Source: Candidatus Babeliales bacterium (GTDB lineage: Bacteria > Babelota > Babeliae > Babelales > JANWKD01). Taken from it: 64,000 nt of DNA. The notes beneath the pieces are model-generated. The model saw only the letters and a list, made by a program, of their open reading frames with translations. It ran no database searches and was not told the origin of the DNA. A program made the position numbers and the translations under genes. This document shows, piece after piece, positions 1 through 9,753 of this stretch; the first letter of the stretch is position 1, and each line of letters starts with the position of its first letter. Where the stretch lies: NCBI GenBank assembly GCA_963762115.1, contig CAVXJH010000003.1, positions 128,001 to 192,000 of the forward strand, written 5' to 3'.

Positions 1-1
1 T

Positions 2-634
2 GCGAAATTTGATAAAGTGCTTGAACTGGTTGATACATCTTCAGAAGGAGTGAAAGATAAAAGATCGATAGAAGAAGCAGCTGTTGAGGCAAAAATTATA
101 GTTTCAAGTATGTTAACGCAACTTAACCTTTTTAGAGCAGGGAATTTACGGACTGGTTTTTTGGCGAGCATTATTCCTAATTTTTTACGTAATGATGATG
201 AAATACTATTTGATCATCAAACAGATGCCGCGGTTTCTACTCTTACTGAACTCAAAAATTATACTAAGGAAGAGGCGGGTGTTTTCAGAAAAACTTTGTT
301 AGAAAGAACTTCCAGCCTAGAATTGATACATCTATGGGGATTAAGTAAAATAAGGTTAAGTTTGTCAGCTATAATTGAAGAATGCATAGCTAAGGCAATA
401 ATTAAGGGAAATGATTATAATATACCAAGAAGTCTTCAAGAAATTGTTATGCTACGATATGATGAGCTGGATAAAGACGCATCAAGAATACAGGATATTC
501 TGAAAGCTATTGATAGTGGTGAAATACGTTGGCTTTATGATCTAGAAGTACTTATAAAAAAATTATATGTTGATCAAGATGAATTAACATCATGGTTGAA
601 ACAATTGGTTATGAAAAGGCCTTATTTATTGTAA
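2..634 (+). CDS. hypothetical protein, 5'-truncated by the window edge
   Basis: Frame is open from base 2 (GCG AAA TTT GAT AAA GTG...), so the listed GTG at 17 is probably internal; no family recognised. Confidence 0.6.
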   Translation, partial: AKFDKVLELVDTSSEGVKDKRSIEEAAVEAKIIVSSMLTQLNLFRAGNLRTGFLASIIPNFLRNDDEILFDHQTDAAVSTLTELKNYTKEEAGVFRKTLLERTSSLELIHLWGLSKIRLSLSAIIEECIAKAIIKGNDYNIPRSLQEIVMLRYDELDKDASRIQDILKAIDSGEIRWLYDLEVLIKKLYVDQDELTSWLKQLVMKRPYLL

Positions 635-650
635 TAACTTATCAAGGTTC

Positions 651-1841
651 TTAATGCTTAATAAATCTTATTTTGGTAGTTAAATTATTAAAATACTTGC
701 AAGCCTTGCAATTAAGGTTTGCCATAGGAACAATATCACTCTGTAATGATTCCAATGCATCATAAATTGTTGCCTGGACCCAGGAATCATCAATTTTATG
801 CGCAAATAAATATGGTTCAAATTCAAGCTTCCAATCAAATGAATTTTTATCGGTAATTGCATTGCAAAAAAGTAAATAACCCGTTGAGCAAACAGTATAA
901 TTATTTTTTTTGAATATCCAAGCATAAAATTCTATTTGCTTCTTGTATTCGTGAAGATATGGAATATTGCTAAAATTCGGATAAATTATAGATTTAACGA
1001 TAGTCTTATAATCAACTATAACCAGTTCTTTTTTATCATTTATCCATACATCATCAACCCCACCATTCACAAACCAATTCTCCCAAACATGATGGAATTG
1101 AATTCCATATTTTCTTTTTTCTTCCCATGACCAAGCGGTTTGCCATTTTTTTAATTTTTTATGACGTAATGGTTTAAAACCTTCGGGCATAATTGGATGC
1201 GCTTCTCCTCTAGTTCGATATTGGTCGAATTCTTTCTTCAAAAGACTATCAACCGCTCTTGATAAAGCAAAAACCTCTCCATCAGCAATTGGTTGCTTAA
1301 TGCCAAGCTTTTTATCAATATAGAAACATCGCTTACAGTATAAGAATGTCTTAATATCAGTCCAACTAAATTCTCTGCGTACTGGCAATTCAGAATTTGT
1401 TTTTTCCTCAATAGGAGGTATATTGCGAGGGTTTATTTTAGGGGCAAATAATTCAGCTTCAATAGCATTATTACAAGAGGCAATTCCAAGCAACCCTTCA
1501 TATAAAATTCTACTCATTAGAAATATTTCTGGAGAATTTTCTTCTAAAGAATTTCTATATTTTTCTTTTGGTAAAATTATTTGAGATTTTATATATTGGC
1601 CAGATGGATTATGTAAAAGAGTTAAAGTTATTTTGATAGATTCGTTTTTTAATTTATCAATCGCATGTTCTATAGAAAGACCATGCTTGATTAAAATATT
1701 ACGGTTTTTTTCGAGCAATGATTTATAATCAGCTTCTGGGTCAATATTTGTTAAAATAATACCATCAATTCCGCCTTTAGCTGCTTCAATCAGAGCTCGA
1801 ATTAATTTTTTTCGTTCGGAGGATTTATATAAGATAGACAT
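651..1841 (-). CDS. PD-(D/E)XK (Cas4/RecB-like) nuclease with ~150-aa N-terminal extension
   Basis: FSWTDIKTFLYCKRCFY, GGVDDVW...VIVDYKT, QIEFY motif, terminal CKAC. Confidence 0.85.
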   Translation of the reverse strand: MSILYKSSERKKLIRALIEAAKGGIDGIILTNIDPEADYKSLLEKNRNILIKHGLSIEHAIDKLKNESIKITLTLLHNPSGQYIKSQIILPKEKYRNSLEENSPEIFLMSRILYEGLLGIASCNNAIEAELFAPKINPRNIPPIEEKTNSELPVRREFSWTDIKTFLYCKRCFYIDKKLGIKQPIADGEVFALSRAVDSLLKKEFDQYRTRGEAHPIMPEGFKPLRHKKLKKWQTAWSWEEKRKYGIQFHHVWENWFVNGGVDDVWINDKKELVIVDYKTIVKSIIYPNFSNIPYLHEYKKQIEFYAWIFKKNNYTVCSTGYLLFCNAITDKNSFDWKLEFEPYLFAHKIDDSWVQATIYDALESLQSDIVPMANLNCKACKYFNNLTTKIRFIKH

Positions 1842-1881
1842 AGTATATTACTTTTGCTGCAGGATAAGAATAATATAGATC

Positions 1882-2112
1882 TTAAATATTTTCATTTATC
1901 ATTCCTACATAAGTAGTCTTCATCATACATCTAAGCATCATCAAGCCCATTTTCATAACCATTTTTTTTTCTTGATTAGTTGCACAACACCAGGCCCGCT
2001 CATCTTCCCATGCAGCCTCATAACCCTTATCATATGTGCTATATTTGCTGCATTCAGCAAAAAATAATAAACCAAAGAGAGTAATACAAAGACCAAAAAA
2101 TTGAATATTCAT
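1882..2112 (-). pseudogene. probable frameshifted small membrane/secreted protein
   Basis: Hydrophobic N-terminus then YDKGYEAAWED; after an A9 run the alternative frame reads NGYENGLDDA*MYDEDY, continuing the GYE repeat. Confidence 0.45.
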
Positions 2113-2311
2113 ATAAAACTTTCAATGTTTACTATATATTAATGTAGCCATATAGAATAATCTGTCAAAAAAACCTTTATATGTGCATATTTATTATTTT
2201 ACAAATTAATTTATACATGAAAATTTATATATCGTGTAGCTAATTGATAGTTATAAAATCAAATACAGAATATATTAATTTTGCTTATGTATTTCGATAA
2301 AGGAGAAAATT

Positions 2312-2917
2312 ATGGCTCATTGGGGATGGTACTGGAAGGTAAAGCAAAAACACATTCCAAGAATTATTTGCACAAAATTACCCACCATTGACTCATTTAA
2401 GTTAGCGCAGCATATTAAGGCTATGGTTGGATTTAGCGTGCAGCCTTTAGGGGTTAAAGCTATATTCCAAGGCAATATTCTGAAGATTACCTATAGAAAG
2501 CATAAAGATTATTCCTATATCATCCCTATAGATAAGCAGCCCTGCAATTATGGCGGATTCCGTTATTTTTTTAAATGTCCTTTATGCCAAAGACGCATGC
2601 GAATACTTTATTTTGCACAGCAAAGCATTTTTCTTTGTCGTAAGTGCTTAAACCTAAGCTATGAAACTCAATGCCTAAGACCAACTAAGCGCTATGAATA
2701 CATGAGTCAAAAAGTTAAAGATAGTATGAAAGACAAACAAGGCAATCTAGAACTTTCCAAAAAACCTCCTCGAATGCATAAAGGGAAATATCAAAAACTC
2801 AAAGACAAGCAGTTTGATTATGAATGCAAATCTCACGAAGCTCTATGCCAAGAATTACGACTTTGGCATGGAGTAAAAATCGAACCTTTTTTGGATGACT
2901 TTTTTGATTACAGATGA
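2312..2917 (+). CDS. Zn-finger hypothetical protein of integrative elements
   Basis: PCNYGGFRYFFKCPLCQRRMRILY...LCRKCLNLSYETQ (two CxxC pairs); RBS AAGGAG upstream. Confidence 0.75.
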   Translation: MAHWGWYWKVKQKHIPRIICTKLPTIDSFKLAQHIKAMVGFSVQPLGVKAIFQGNILKITYRKHKDYSYIIPIDKQPCNYGGFRYFFKCPLCQRRMRILYFAQQSIFLCRKCLNLSYETQCLRPTKRYEYMSQKVKDSMKDKQGNLELSKKPPRMHKGKYQKLKDKQFDYECKSHEALCQELRLWHGVKIEPFLDDFFDYR

Positions 2918-2940
2918 AAATAATGGGATATTATCTTCAT

Positions 2941-3190
2941 AAGTTGAAATAGTTGAAGTAGATTGAAAAAAAGTCAACTTATCAATATTGGCAATAGATC
3001 GTCATTTCAAGCAAGAATAATCTTGTAGATTTAAAAGTTGAAACCAATCAATTTCCATTGTTGTAATGTTAATAGAAGAGGATTTGTTTCAACTTTTAAA
3101 CTTAATCGTTAATAATATTCATAACCATCGTCTACATCGAAATGTTCCTATGTTGAAATTATTGTTCAATTTTCATCAACTTTTTCAATT
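2941..3190. repeat. GTTGAA/TTCAAC hexamer iteron cluster, putative replication origin of the element
   Basis: GTTGAA at 2943, 2952, 3037, 3152; TTCAAC at 3088; AAAGTTGAAA (3034) is inverted to TTTCAACTTT (3087); lies at the primase 3' end. Confidence 0.55.
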
Positions 3191-5574
3191 GATTGCTCTA
3201 GCAATTGATATAACCAATCGTTTTTTTGGCCAATTTGATTACATGAAATTTTTCCCTGTTGGATAAGTGTTTCAAGAATGTAATCATACTCTTGGCATCC
3301 GCCATCCAGTTGATGTGAATTGAGAAGGGATTGCCTTCTAACAGAGGATTTTGTTTTTACAATTTTCTTGCAAATCCATTCAAGTATTTTACGGCACTTG
3401 CGCTGATGTTCAGATTCCCCGAGTTCTCCTTCAATTAAATTAGCGGTTGATTTTATAGCCGGCATAAGAATGGCAAAGGCAGAATAAAGGGCTTCAACTC
3501 CTATTTCTTTAGATTTCGTGTCTATAAAAAGTTGCATAATCATAGCCAATTTTAAAAGGCAAGGACTCCAGCGTTTAAGGTGTGGTTCAAGTATTTCTTG
3601 GCATTTATCGCTATAGGAAGGCATTATTTTGTAAATATCCTGATGAAAGCCCTCAAAAATCACTTCTGCTTGATGTGAAAAAGTATAGCTATAGAAGTTG
3701 TCCATATTTTGTAATATTTCCTTGACCTTTTGTTCTGCTTGTTGATTTGATTTTGTTTTTTTAGTTGGCAAAGCAGGTGGTATTTCATATTCATGCGGTG
3801 GAGCGAAAATAAGAAATCTTGCAAAAAAACCACTAGCAAAATCTTCAGGTTTAATGTGTGCCTTTAACCATGCAAGTGTAGAAACAGCGCATATAGAAAT
3901 ATATGGCTCATTTAAAATAAAGTCGCCTCGTGTTACTGTTTTGTAGCGATAACTACGAGGAACATCATACAGCTCTGTAAGTAGTGCTTTAAGATCGCCA
4001 TTGTAGCTTTTTTCCAGATTTAAAAGCCAACCACCAAATTCGCTTGGTAAAATAATACCGGAATGTCCTTGTCCAAGATGCTCAAGTAAAGCTTCCGTAG
4101 TAACTTTAGTTGGCAAAACAACATCTTTGATAGATATTTCAATGATTTGTGCTTTGAGTTCCTTTATTTTTTTGGTATCAGTTTCGAGTTGCAGTTCTTT
4201 GCGTAAATCTTTAGTAAGTTCTCCGACATCCTTTGAAATTTCTAATGCAAGTTTGGTGCCTTTAGTTAATGCGGTGCTTTTGAATTGTCCACTACCGGTA
4301 ACATTTATCATCCAAATATTTGGATAAAGAGTTTGAAAATACTGATCATCTGAAATGAACACACGTTTTCCAATATAAGCTGATATCATGCCCATAACAG
4401 CACTTGTTACCATGATCGGATGTGCATTCGTTGTTGCGCAGATAGAGTTTACATAGTTACCTAAGATTGGCGGGAGAAGGGTTGTAGAGAATGTTGCGCA
4501 TGGATCATTTACTTTAAGAGGTTTTTTTGAAACAATTTTGAGATCATCAGTTTTAATAGCTTCTGAAGAGCAATGTATCGCACTTGCAGAACAGAGTTGC
4601 ATTCTAACTTCTTCTAATCCGCATAGTTGATGAAGGTCGTTGAAATCAGTATAGGGCTTATCATGGGGATCTAATCTTTTGTCTGTTGGAAATACCGGAA
4701 AAATAGTTTTGCATTGAAAAACATCAGCAGCCGCATTAGCCTTTTTTATGCCGGTTTCATCATTATCTCCGGCAATTATAATTATACTTTTTGGAAATGC
4801 TTTTTTTAGGTTTTCAATTACTGGAAGTAGATTGTAAGCATCATAAGCAATGACGACTGTTCCAACATTTGTTGAATAAATACTGACACCGGTTGCCCAG
4901 CCCTCAGTAACATACAGAGTATTACCATCGAGAAGTTCTCCAAGATTATAAAAATTTCCCCTTTTTTCTCCGTCTTGAAGAAAACGCTTAATTATTTTGC
5001 CTCGTTCATCAACATAAATAGATTGTAGTGAGCGGATCTCACCTTTTATATTTTTTAAGGGAAGCAATATTCTTGGGAATTTATTAAAAATAGTAAACTT
5101 TGCACCTATTGCTTCAATTCCTTTAGATTTTGGATATCTAAGGAAATCTTGAGAAGATGGTTCGTTTAAAGCTTCATTCCATACTTTTGTAGCAAGTATT
5201 GCGGCATTATTTTGTGCATCTTTTATTTGTTGTTCCGCTTCTTTTTTCTTTTTTTCGAACTCTGATTGCAGATGTTGTCGTTCCATATCTGATATGTTGC
5301 ATTTGTCATAAGATTTGAAAATATATTGGTTTCCTGTGCTCCATGAGCCATATATGACCGTTAAATATAGACGATCTTGCAAAGAGGTTCCTTCATAGGC
5401 AATATACCATTCATCACGTTTGTTTCTTTGTGTATCTGTTGAATATCGGTGAATTCTACCATCTGTAATGATTTGATCTTCGCATGGCAAACCATTTTCT
5501 GTCATGTGATTGTGGAGTTCTTCTACTAAATCATGTTGATTTTTGATATAATTATTCATAAGAAATTCTTTCAT
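3166..5574 (-). CDS. primase-helicase: TOPRIM primase plus DUF3987 (YfjI-like) P-loop domain
   Basis: LYVTEGWATG, IIIAGDND, DFNDLH; Walker-A-like TGSGQFKST; SEFGGWL, SGFFARFL. Confidence 0.9.
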   Translation of the reverse strand: MKEFLMNNYIKNQHDLVEELHNHMTENGLPCEDQIITDGRIHRYSTDTQRNKRDEWYIAYEGTSLQDRLYLTVIYGSWSTGNQYIFKSYDKCNISDMERQHLQSEFEKKKKEAEQQIKDAQNNAAILATKVWNEALNEPSSQDFLRYPKSKGIEAIGAKFTIFNKFPRILLPLKNIKGEIRSLQSIYVDERGKIIKRFLQDGEKRGNFYNLGELLDGNTLYVTEGWATGVSIYSTNVGTVVIAYDAYNLLPVIENLKKAFPKSIIIIAGDNDETGIKKANAAADVFQCKTIFPVFPTDKRLDPHDKPYTDFNDLHQLCGLEEVRMQLCSASAIHCSSEAIKTDDLKIVSKKPLKVNDPCATFSTTLLPPILGNYVNSICATTNAHPIMVTSAVMGMISAYIGKRVFISDDQYFQTLYPNIWMINVTGSGQFKSTALTKGTKLALEISKDVGELTKDLRKELQLETDTKKIKELKAQIIEISIKDVVLPTKVTTEALLEHLGQGHSGIILPSEFGGWLLNLEKSYNGDLKALLTELYDVPRSYRYKTVTRGDFILNEPYISICAVSTLAWLKAHIKPEDFASGFFARFLIFAPPHEYEIPPALPTKKTKSNQQAEQKVKEILQNMDNFYSYTFSHQAEVIFEGFHQDIYKIMPSYSDKCQEILEPHLKRWSPCLLKLAMIMQLFIDTKSKEIGVEALYSAFAILMPAIKSTANLIEGELGESEHQRKCRKILEWICKKIVKTKSSVRRQSLLNSHQLDGGCQEYDYILETLIQQGKISCNQIGQKNDWLYQLLEQSIEKVDEN

Positions 5575-5580
5575 TGTATT

Positions 5581-5616
5581 AAAGCTACCTAGGCAGAAAC
5601 CCTAGGTGGCTTTTTT
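5581..5616. terminator. hairpin (terminator/attenuator) between the small ORF and the primase gene
   Basis: AGCTACCTAGG-cagaaac-CCTAGGTGGCT followed by a T run. Confidence 0.6.
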
Positions 5617-5619
5617 CAT

Positions 5620-5889
5620 TTACTTAATATTTTTAAATGGTTCTTGTGGATGGGATAAATAGGTATATTGTTGTTTGCTGTCATTCTCTAATCCATACGT
5701 GCACATTAATGATTCTTCTTCATCAAACGGATTTAAAAATGCGTTATAGTGAGCAGTTTTTAATTCTCCATTGATATATGCTTCATATTCATGTCTTTCC
5801 CCATCAGCGATAATTCCTTCATATGGATTAGGATCAAGGTTGTGTCTTGTCATATGTTTTCTGAGCTCGCGTTCTAAGTTAATGTTCAT
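5620..5889 (-). CDS. stand-alone paralog of the primase N-terminal domain
   Basis: ELRKHMTRHNL...IIADGERHEY...LMCTYG...QQYTY aligns with primase ELHNHMTENGL...IITDGRIHRY...LTVIYG...NQYIF; RBS GGAG. Confidence 0.7.
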   Translation of the reverse strand: MNINLERELRKHMTRHNLDPNPYEGIIADGERHEYEAYINGELKTAHYNAFLNPFDEEESLMCTYGLENDSKQQYTYLSHPQEPFKNIK

Positions 5890-6034
5890 GCTTATTCTCC
5901 ATTGTTGAGGACGCGTTTTTTTTATGTATTTTATGTGCGATTGTTATGAGAAGGGCTACATAGTCGGTAAGGCGCTTCCAGTCGGTTTGTGAAAATTGAG
6001 ATATACCGATATCTTCTTTTTGCAGTACTTGCAT
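5879..6034 (-). CDS. 51-aa small protein missing from the ORF track (MQVLQKEDIGISQFSQTDWKRLTDYVALLITIAHKIHKKNASSTMENKHEH)
   Basis: RBS GAGGT just upstream of the ATG; its 3' end overlaps the start of 5620..5889, suggesting translational coupling. Confidence 0.6.
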   Translation of the reverse strand: MQVLQKEDIGISQFSQTDWKRLTDYVALLITIAHKIHKKNASSTMENKHEH

Positions 6035-6257
6035 ATAACTACCTCTTATTAAAAAAATTAATATTTTGAGTAGTTATCCACCAAAATGGGGGGGACTTAT
6101 AGGAGAAATTCGCCGAGATAATTGAGGAGATGATTGAATGCTAGCGCCCAGACGTAAAAAATGGGCGCATCTTTTATTTTTTGAAATGGAGGATTCGTGC
6201 TAATTATAAGCGAAGCTATGTGCAACATATCTAAGTTTGTATGTGTCAAAATAGGTA

Positions 6258-7451
6258 TTACGCGAGATAAAATTTTGTTGGGTACTTATCGTTAATTTTT
6301 AATTTTCCCTTGATTCTAGAAATATAGTTATCAATGATGCGCCAGGAGTCTTTGAGGCGGTTATTAATGCTACTACAAGATTTGTAAATTTTTCTGGCAG
6401 AGACCGTTAATTCTTTCTCTAGTTCTTTCTGTAAAATGCCTGCCGGTTTATTCCATAAACGAGAAAGCAGCTTAAATTGTAGAGTTTCGTCTTGTTTTCC
6501 ATGGTTGATGTTGTATTTCTTAAATTCTATATCATCTTTGTTATCGGCTGACAGTATAATTTTATTATTAGAACCGAGCCTGGCCATAATAATTGGTTGC
6601 TTATTATTAATGGAAGTGATGATTGTTTTTTGTTGCAAATTTTCTGTATTCGATATTGATTCTTTATCAGAAGAAAAGACTTGTGATACAGTTCTGGTAT
6701 TTTTTTGTAAGTTAACTAATTGATTAAGTGTGTGTGCATATACTTTTTTTGCATGTGCTTTTCCCTCTATCAAAAATTGTATTTCATTTTGTAATGTATT
6801 TTTTAGGATAATGTTAAGCATAGACTCTAATCGATTTGTTGGTGCTGTATCAGATGAAATTTCTTCTATTAGCAAAGTTCCATAGAGGTTGTGTTGTATG
6901 AGCCACAATAAACTGGTCCATACAGAATCTTGAAGATTTTGGCGTTCAAGGTTCCAAGTTGTGAAGCCTTGAAACTCAATATTGAATGGATCTAAATTTT
7001 TAGCATTGATAATATAAAGCATATCTTGCAACGCATCATGCAGACTGACAACTAGGGGATTGCTTGATTGAAGATAATGCTTTTCGTAGGCTTCGAATGT
7101 ATTTATGTTCATTAAGTGTGTATATTCTTGATGATCTTTAATTTTATCTAGTTGAAAATCATTTCGATAGGGAGGAATAACGATTTCATTTTTGTCGCAA
7201 ATGTCTTTTATTTCAATATATTTTTCCCTGAGTTCTTGTAGGGCTCTTTGTTCAAGTTCAGTAAGCCTATCTTTTTGTTGATAAAATTTTTTTTTAATCA
7301 AGAGAAAGGCTTCTTTCAAAGCTGTGTTTTGAACGAATTTATCGAGAAACTTTGGTAGCTCTGTTTCGAAATCTTTGCTATTCTTGGCGCTATCTATCGT
7401 GATATAACAATCTCTAAATACAACAATTGCATTTTGAATATCGGTTGTCAT
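6258..7451 (-). CDS. hypothetical protein with C-terminal winged-HTH DNA-binding domain
   Basis: QFKLLSRLWNKPAGILQKELEKELTVSARKIYKSCSSINNRLK resembles an OmpR-type wHTH. Confidence 0.6.
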   Translation of the reverse strand: MTTDIQNAIVVFRDCYITIDSAKNSKDFETELPKFLDKFVQNTALKEAFLLIKKKFYQQKDRLTELEQRALQELREKYIEIKDICDKNEIVIPPYRNDFQLDKIKDHQEYTHLMNINTFEAYEKHYLQSSNPLVVSLHDALQDMLYIINAKNLDPFNIEFQGFTTWNLERQNLQDSVWTSLLWLIQHNLYGTLLIEEISSDTAPTNRLESMLNIILKNTLQNEIQFLIEGKAHAKKVYAHTLNQLVNLQKNTRTVSQVFSSDKESISNTENLQQKTIITSINNKQPIIMARLGSNNKIILSADNKDDIEFKKYNINHGKQDETLQFKLLSRLWNKPAGILQKELEKELTVSARKIYKSCSSINNRLKDSWRIIDNYISRIKGKLKINDKYPTKFYLA

Positions 7452-7491
7452 GATTTTCCTTTTGGGTTAGGTGATTGATATGACAACCGAT
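7440..7491. promoter_or_regulatory. 12-bp perfect inverted repeat covering the start codon of 6258..7451
   Basis: ATCGGTTGTCAT (7440-7451) and ATGACAACCGAT (7480-7491); RBS lies in the loop. Confidence 0.55.
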
Positions 7492-7676
7492 TATACCTTA
7501 TAACAAGTTATTCTTATAAAAAATAAAAAAAATGGGATGGAATCTGAATATTTAAAGTGGAATGATTATTGAGCAGGAAATGTATGGTTATGCGTAAGAC
7601 TTGAAACTACGGTCTGTACGTGTTGCAAACTAAAGCTAAATTGGATATCCTGACTAAACATGTCTATGATGGGCAG

Positions 7677-7723
7677 CCATACTATTAATCATGTTTTTCT
7701 ACATGATTTTTTTTGATTTAAAG
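7677..7723 (+). repeat. 47-bp direct repeat, copy 1 (contains AATCATGT-N6-ACATGATT palindrome)
   Basis: 46/47 identical to 13545-13591. Confidence 0.9.
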
Positions 7724-7778
7724 ATTTTTTATCCCTGTTGAACCTGTTTTTCCCTATTATTCTAATAGGGCATATATA

Positions 7779-7806
7779 TTGACTTTTGTTAAATATAGTT
7801 TATAAT
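7779..7806 (+). promoter_or_regulatory. sigma70-like promoter for the WD40 gene pair
   Basis: TTGACT-N16-TATAAT. Confidence 0.55.
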
Positions 7807-7860
7807 TGAATATATAAATATTGGTTCTTATCGTTGTTTTTTCAAATAGGGGAAATTATT

Positions 7861-9753
7861 ATGTTTTTTAAGAAAGCCTTAAAGTTGGTATTATGTACTC
7901 TGACACTTTTTACCACAATAACCATGCATCCTATGGGCCCTAATGAGCTCATAGATTTTCTCACTAAAAATGGTGATACTGTCAGTCTTAAGCGTAAAAT
8001 TGCTGAGCAATCAGGGACAATTTCACATTTATTGGGTGATGTTGATGATCAAGCGCAAGAAGCAATTCCCTTGCCCATTTCAACTGCAATGTTTAAAAGT
8101 ATAAAACCTTTGTTGAAAAAAAACTTTAAAAGTTCTCGATTGCCACAACCGGACACTCAATTATCTCAACAAAATTTACAACAACAATATACTCAGTTAT
8201 CTCAAAAAATTTTACAACAACAATCTGACAACACGTTATTAAAACTTATTCAAACAACTAACTATTTAGATTGCCCTCCTATTTTAGAAAAGTGTGCAGA
8301 TGTTCTTGCAGAAAGAACTTTTAAAAAAAATAGTAATCTTTATATTGTTAGCGCATTTGTATGGACCCAAAAAATGTTACAAAAATTACCCAATGAGCTT
8401 TTGGTCTTAATTCAACAAGCATATCTTAAAAAATCTTGTGATCTTTTTGAGCATGTTCATAATCCTATGCAAACAGAAATTAAGCCAATAACATTAACTG
8501 ATAATAACGGTCAAATTCGATCAGTTCATTATGATATTGATGGAAAAAACATTATTACTCAGATAGATGATGATACCATTTGTCATTGGGACCCTGAGAC
8601 ACAACAAAAAACAACGTTAATTAATAAAACACATTGGCCGTCTCTTGCCTCGAGAAATGAAAATAGAATACACAGCAATAAAATATATTTTGAGACAAGT
8701 GCTTATTCTCCAGATGGTTCAACCTATGCAATTGGTGGAAGCGATACAGTTTGTATTTGGGATCTTAATAAAAAAGAATTACTTAACCATAAAAAGCTTC
8801 CACGTCAATTTAGGACAATGTGTATGTCATATCATCCAGCTCTAACAAGACTTGCTGTTGGCAGTGGCCCTAGAGGAGAAGTTGTTATTTTTGATATAGA
8901 AACTATGGATGTTATTCATACTTTGAAAACTAATGGTATTTGGGTTAAAAATATAAAATATGCGCCGGATGGAAGAACTCTTGCAACAAGTAATATTGGA
9001 AGAAGTAATTCGGTAAAAATATGGGATCAAGAACTAGAAAATTGCCTAAAAACTATTGATGTTGGTGATGATAGTGATGATACTTTCGGACCTCCAGTTA
9101 TATGTTATTCACCTAATAATCAATTTTTGGCCTGCGCAGCAAGTAATAAAATTACTATTTACGAAACAACTAATAATTATGCATGTATTAAAGATATTAA
9201 AAGAGGTGAAAAACCTTTAAATAATGATAAGCAAATTAACTTAATTCAATATACATCAGACGGAAAATATTTGATTGCTGGATTGCAAGATGGAACAATT
9301 GAGTTTCGGGAAACAAATAATTATACTTGCATAAAAACACTTTCATACGATCGACCAATCTGGTCTGTTGCTTTTAATAAGAATGGATCACATATGGCTA
9401 GCATTTCACCAGGAAAAGAATATCCTGAAAGCCGTCTTGTATTGTGGGATATTTCTAGTTTATTTCTTGAAAATATTTTTAAAGAATTAAATTTTGAAGA
9501 ATTATTATTGATAACTAAAGTTGCACTGGCAAAAAAGAACAGTACTAAACTTGAAGTTTGCCCTCTTCATACTAATGAACTTGATGCAACAACAGGAATA
9601 AAAATTTCAGATATTTATGCGAATATACCAAGTCAACTTAAAGAAAAATTAGAACCATATATTAGATTGAATAGATCATGCAAATGTACTTTTTTGCCTA
9701 TTAAAGTTCCTGGGACCCCAAAAACTACGGAAAGAAATAATTATGATTTTTAA
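7861..9753 (+). CDS. secreted Skp1/BTB-like + F-box-like + WD40 repeat protein, copy 1
   Basis: Signal peptide; Skp1-like IAEQSGTISHLL..IPLP..LLKLIQTTNYLDCPPILEKCADVLA; LQKLPNELL; WD repeats (YSPDG..IWD). Confidence 0.85.
   Translation: MFFKKALKLVLCTLTLFTTITMHPMGPNELIDFLTKNGDTVSLKRKIAEQSGTISHLLGDVDDQAQEAIPLPISTAMFKSIKPLLKKNFKSSRLPQPDTQLSQQNLQQQYTQLSQKILQQQSDNTLLKLIQTTNYLDCPPILEKCADVLAERTFKKNSNLYIVSAFVWTQKMLQKLPNELLVLIQQAYLKKSCDLFEHVHNPMQTEIKPITLTDNNGQIRSVHYDIDGKNIITQIDDDTICHWDPETQQKTTLINKTHWPSLASRNENRIHSNKIYFETSAYSPDGSTYAIGGSDTVCIWDLNKKELLNHKKLPRQFRTMCMSYHPALTRLAVGSGPRGEVVIFDIETMDVIHTLKTNGIWVKNIKYAPDGRTLATSNIGRSNSVKIWDQELENCLKTIDVGDDSDDTFGPPVICYSPNNQFLACAASNKITIYETTNNYACIKDIKRGEKPLNNDKQINLIQYTSDGKYLIAGLQDGTIEFRETNNYTCIKTLSYDRPIWSVAFNKNGSHMASISPGKEYPESRLVLWDISSLFLENIFKELNFEELLLITKVALAKKNSTKLEVCPLHTNELDATTGIKISDIYANIPSQLKEKLEPYIRLNRSCKCTFLPIKVPGTPKTTERNNYDF
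8155..8226 (+). repeat. 36-bp tandem in-frame repeat (TQLSQQNLQQQY/TQLSQKILQQQS); also present in copy 2
   Basis: actcaattatctcaacaaaatttacaacaacaatat / actcagttatctcaaaaaattttacaacaacaatct. Confidence 0.8.

Larger units (their letters stand above)
1..7500. mobile_element. phage-satellite/PICI-like integrative element (partial; left end and integrase outside window)
   Basis: TOPRIM-DUF3987 primase-helicase, downstream hexamer iterons, Zn-finger ORF typical of such islands, small overlapping ORFs, wHTH regulator, PD-(D/E)XK nuclease; right boundary approximate. Confidence 0.6.

Noticed and set aside
651..1841. CRISPR-Cas locus
   Set aside because: Only a Cas4-like nuclease; no cas1/cas2 and no regularly spaced repeat-spacer array seen in the window
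6074..6082. DnaA-box-like TTATCCACC
   Set aside because: Single mismatched copy inside the island; not an oriC cluster
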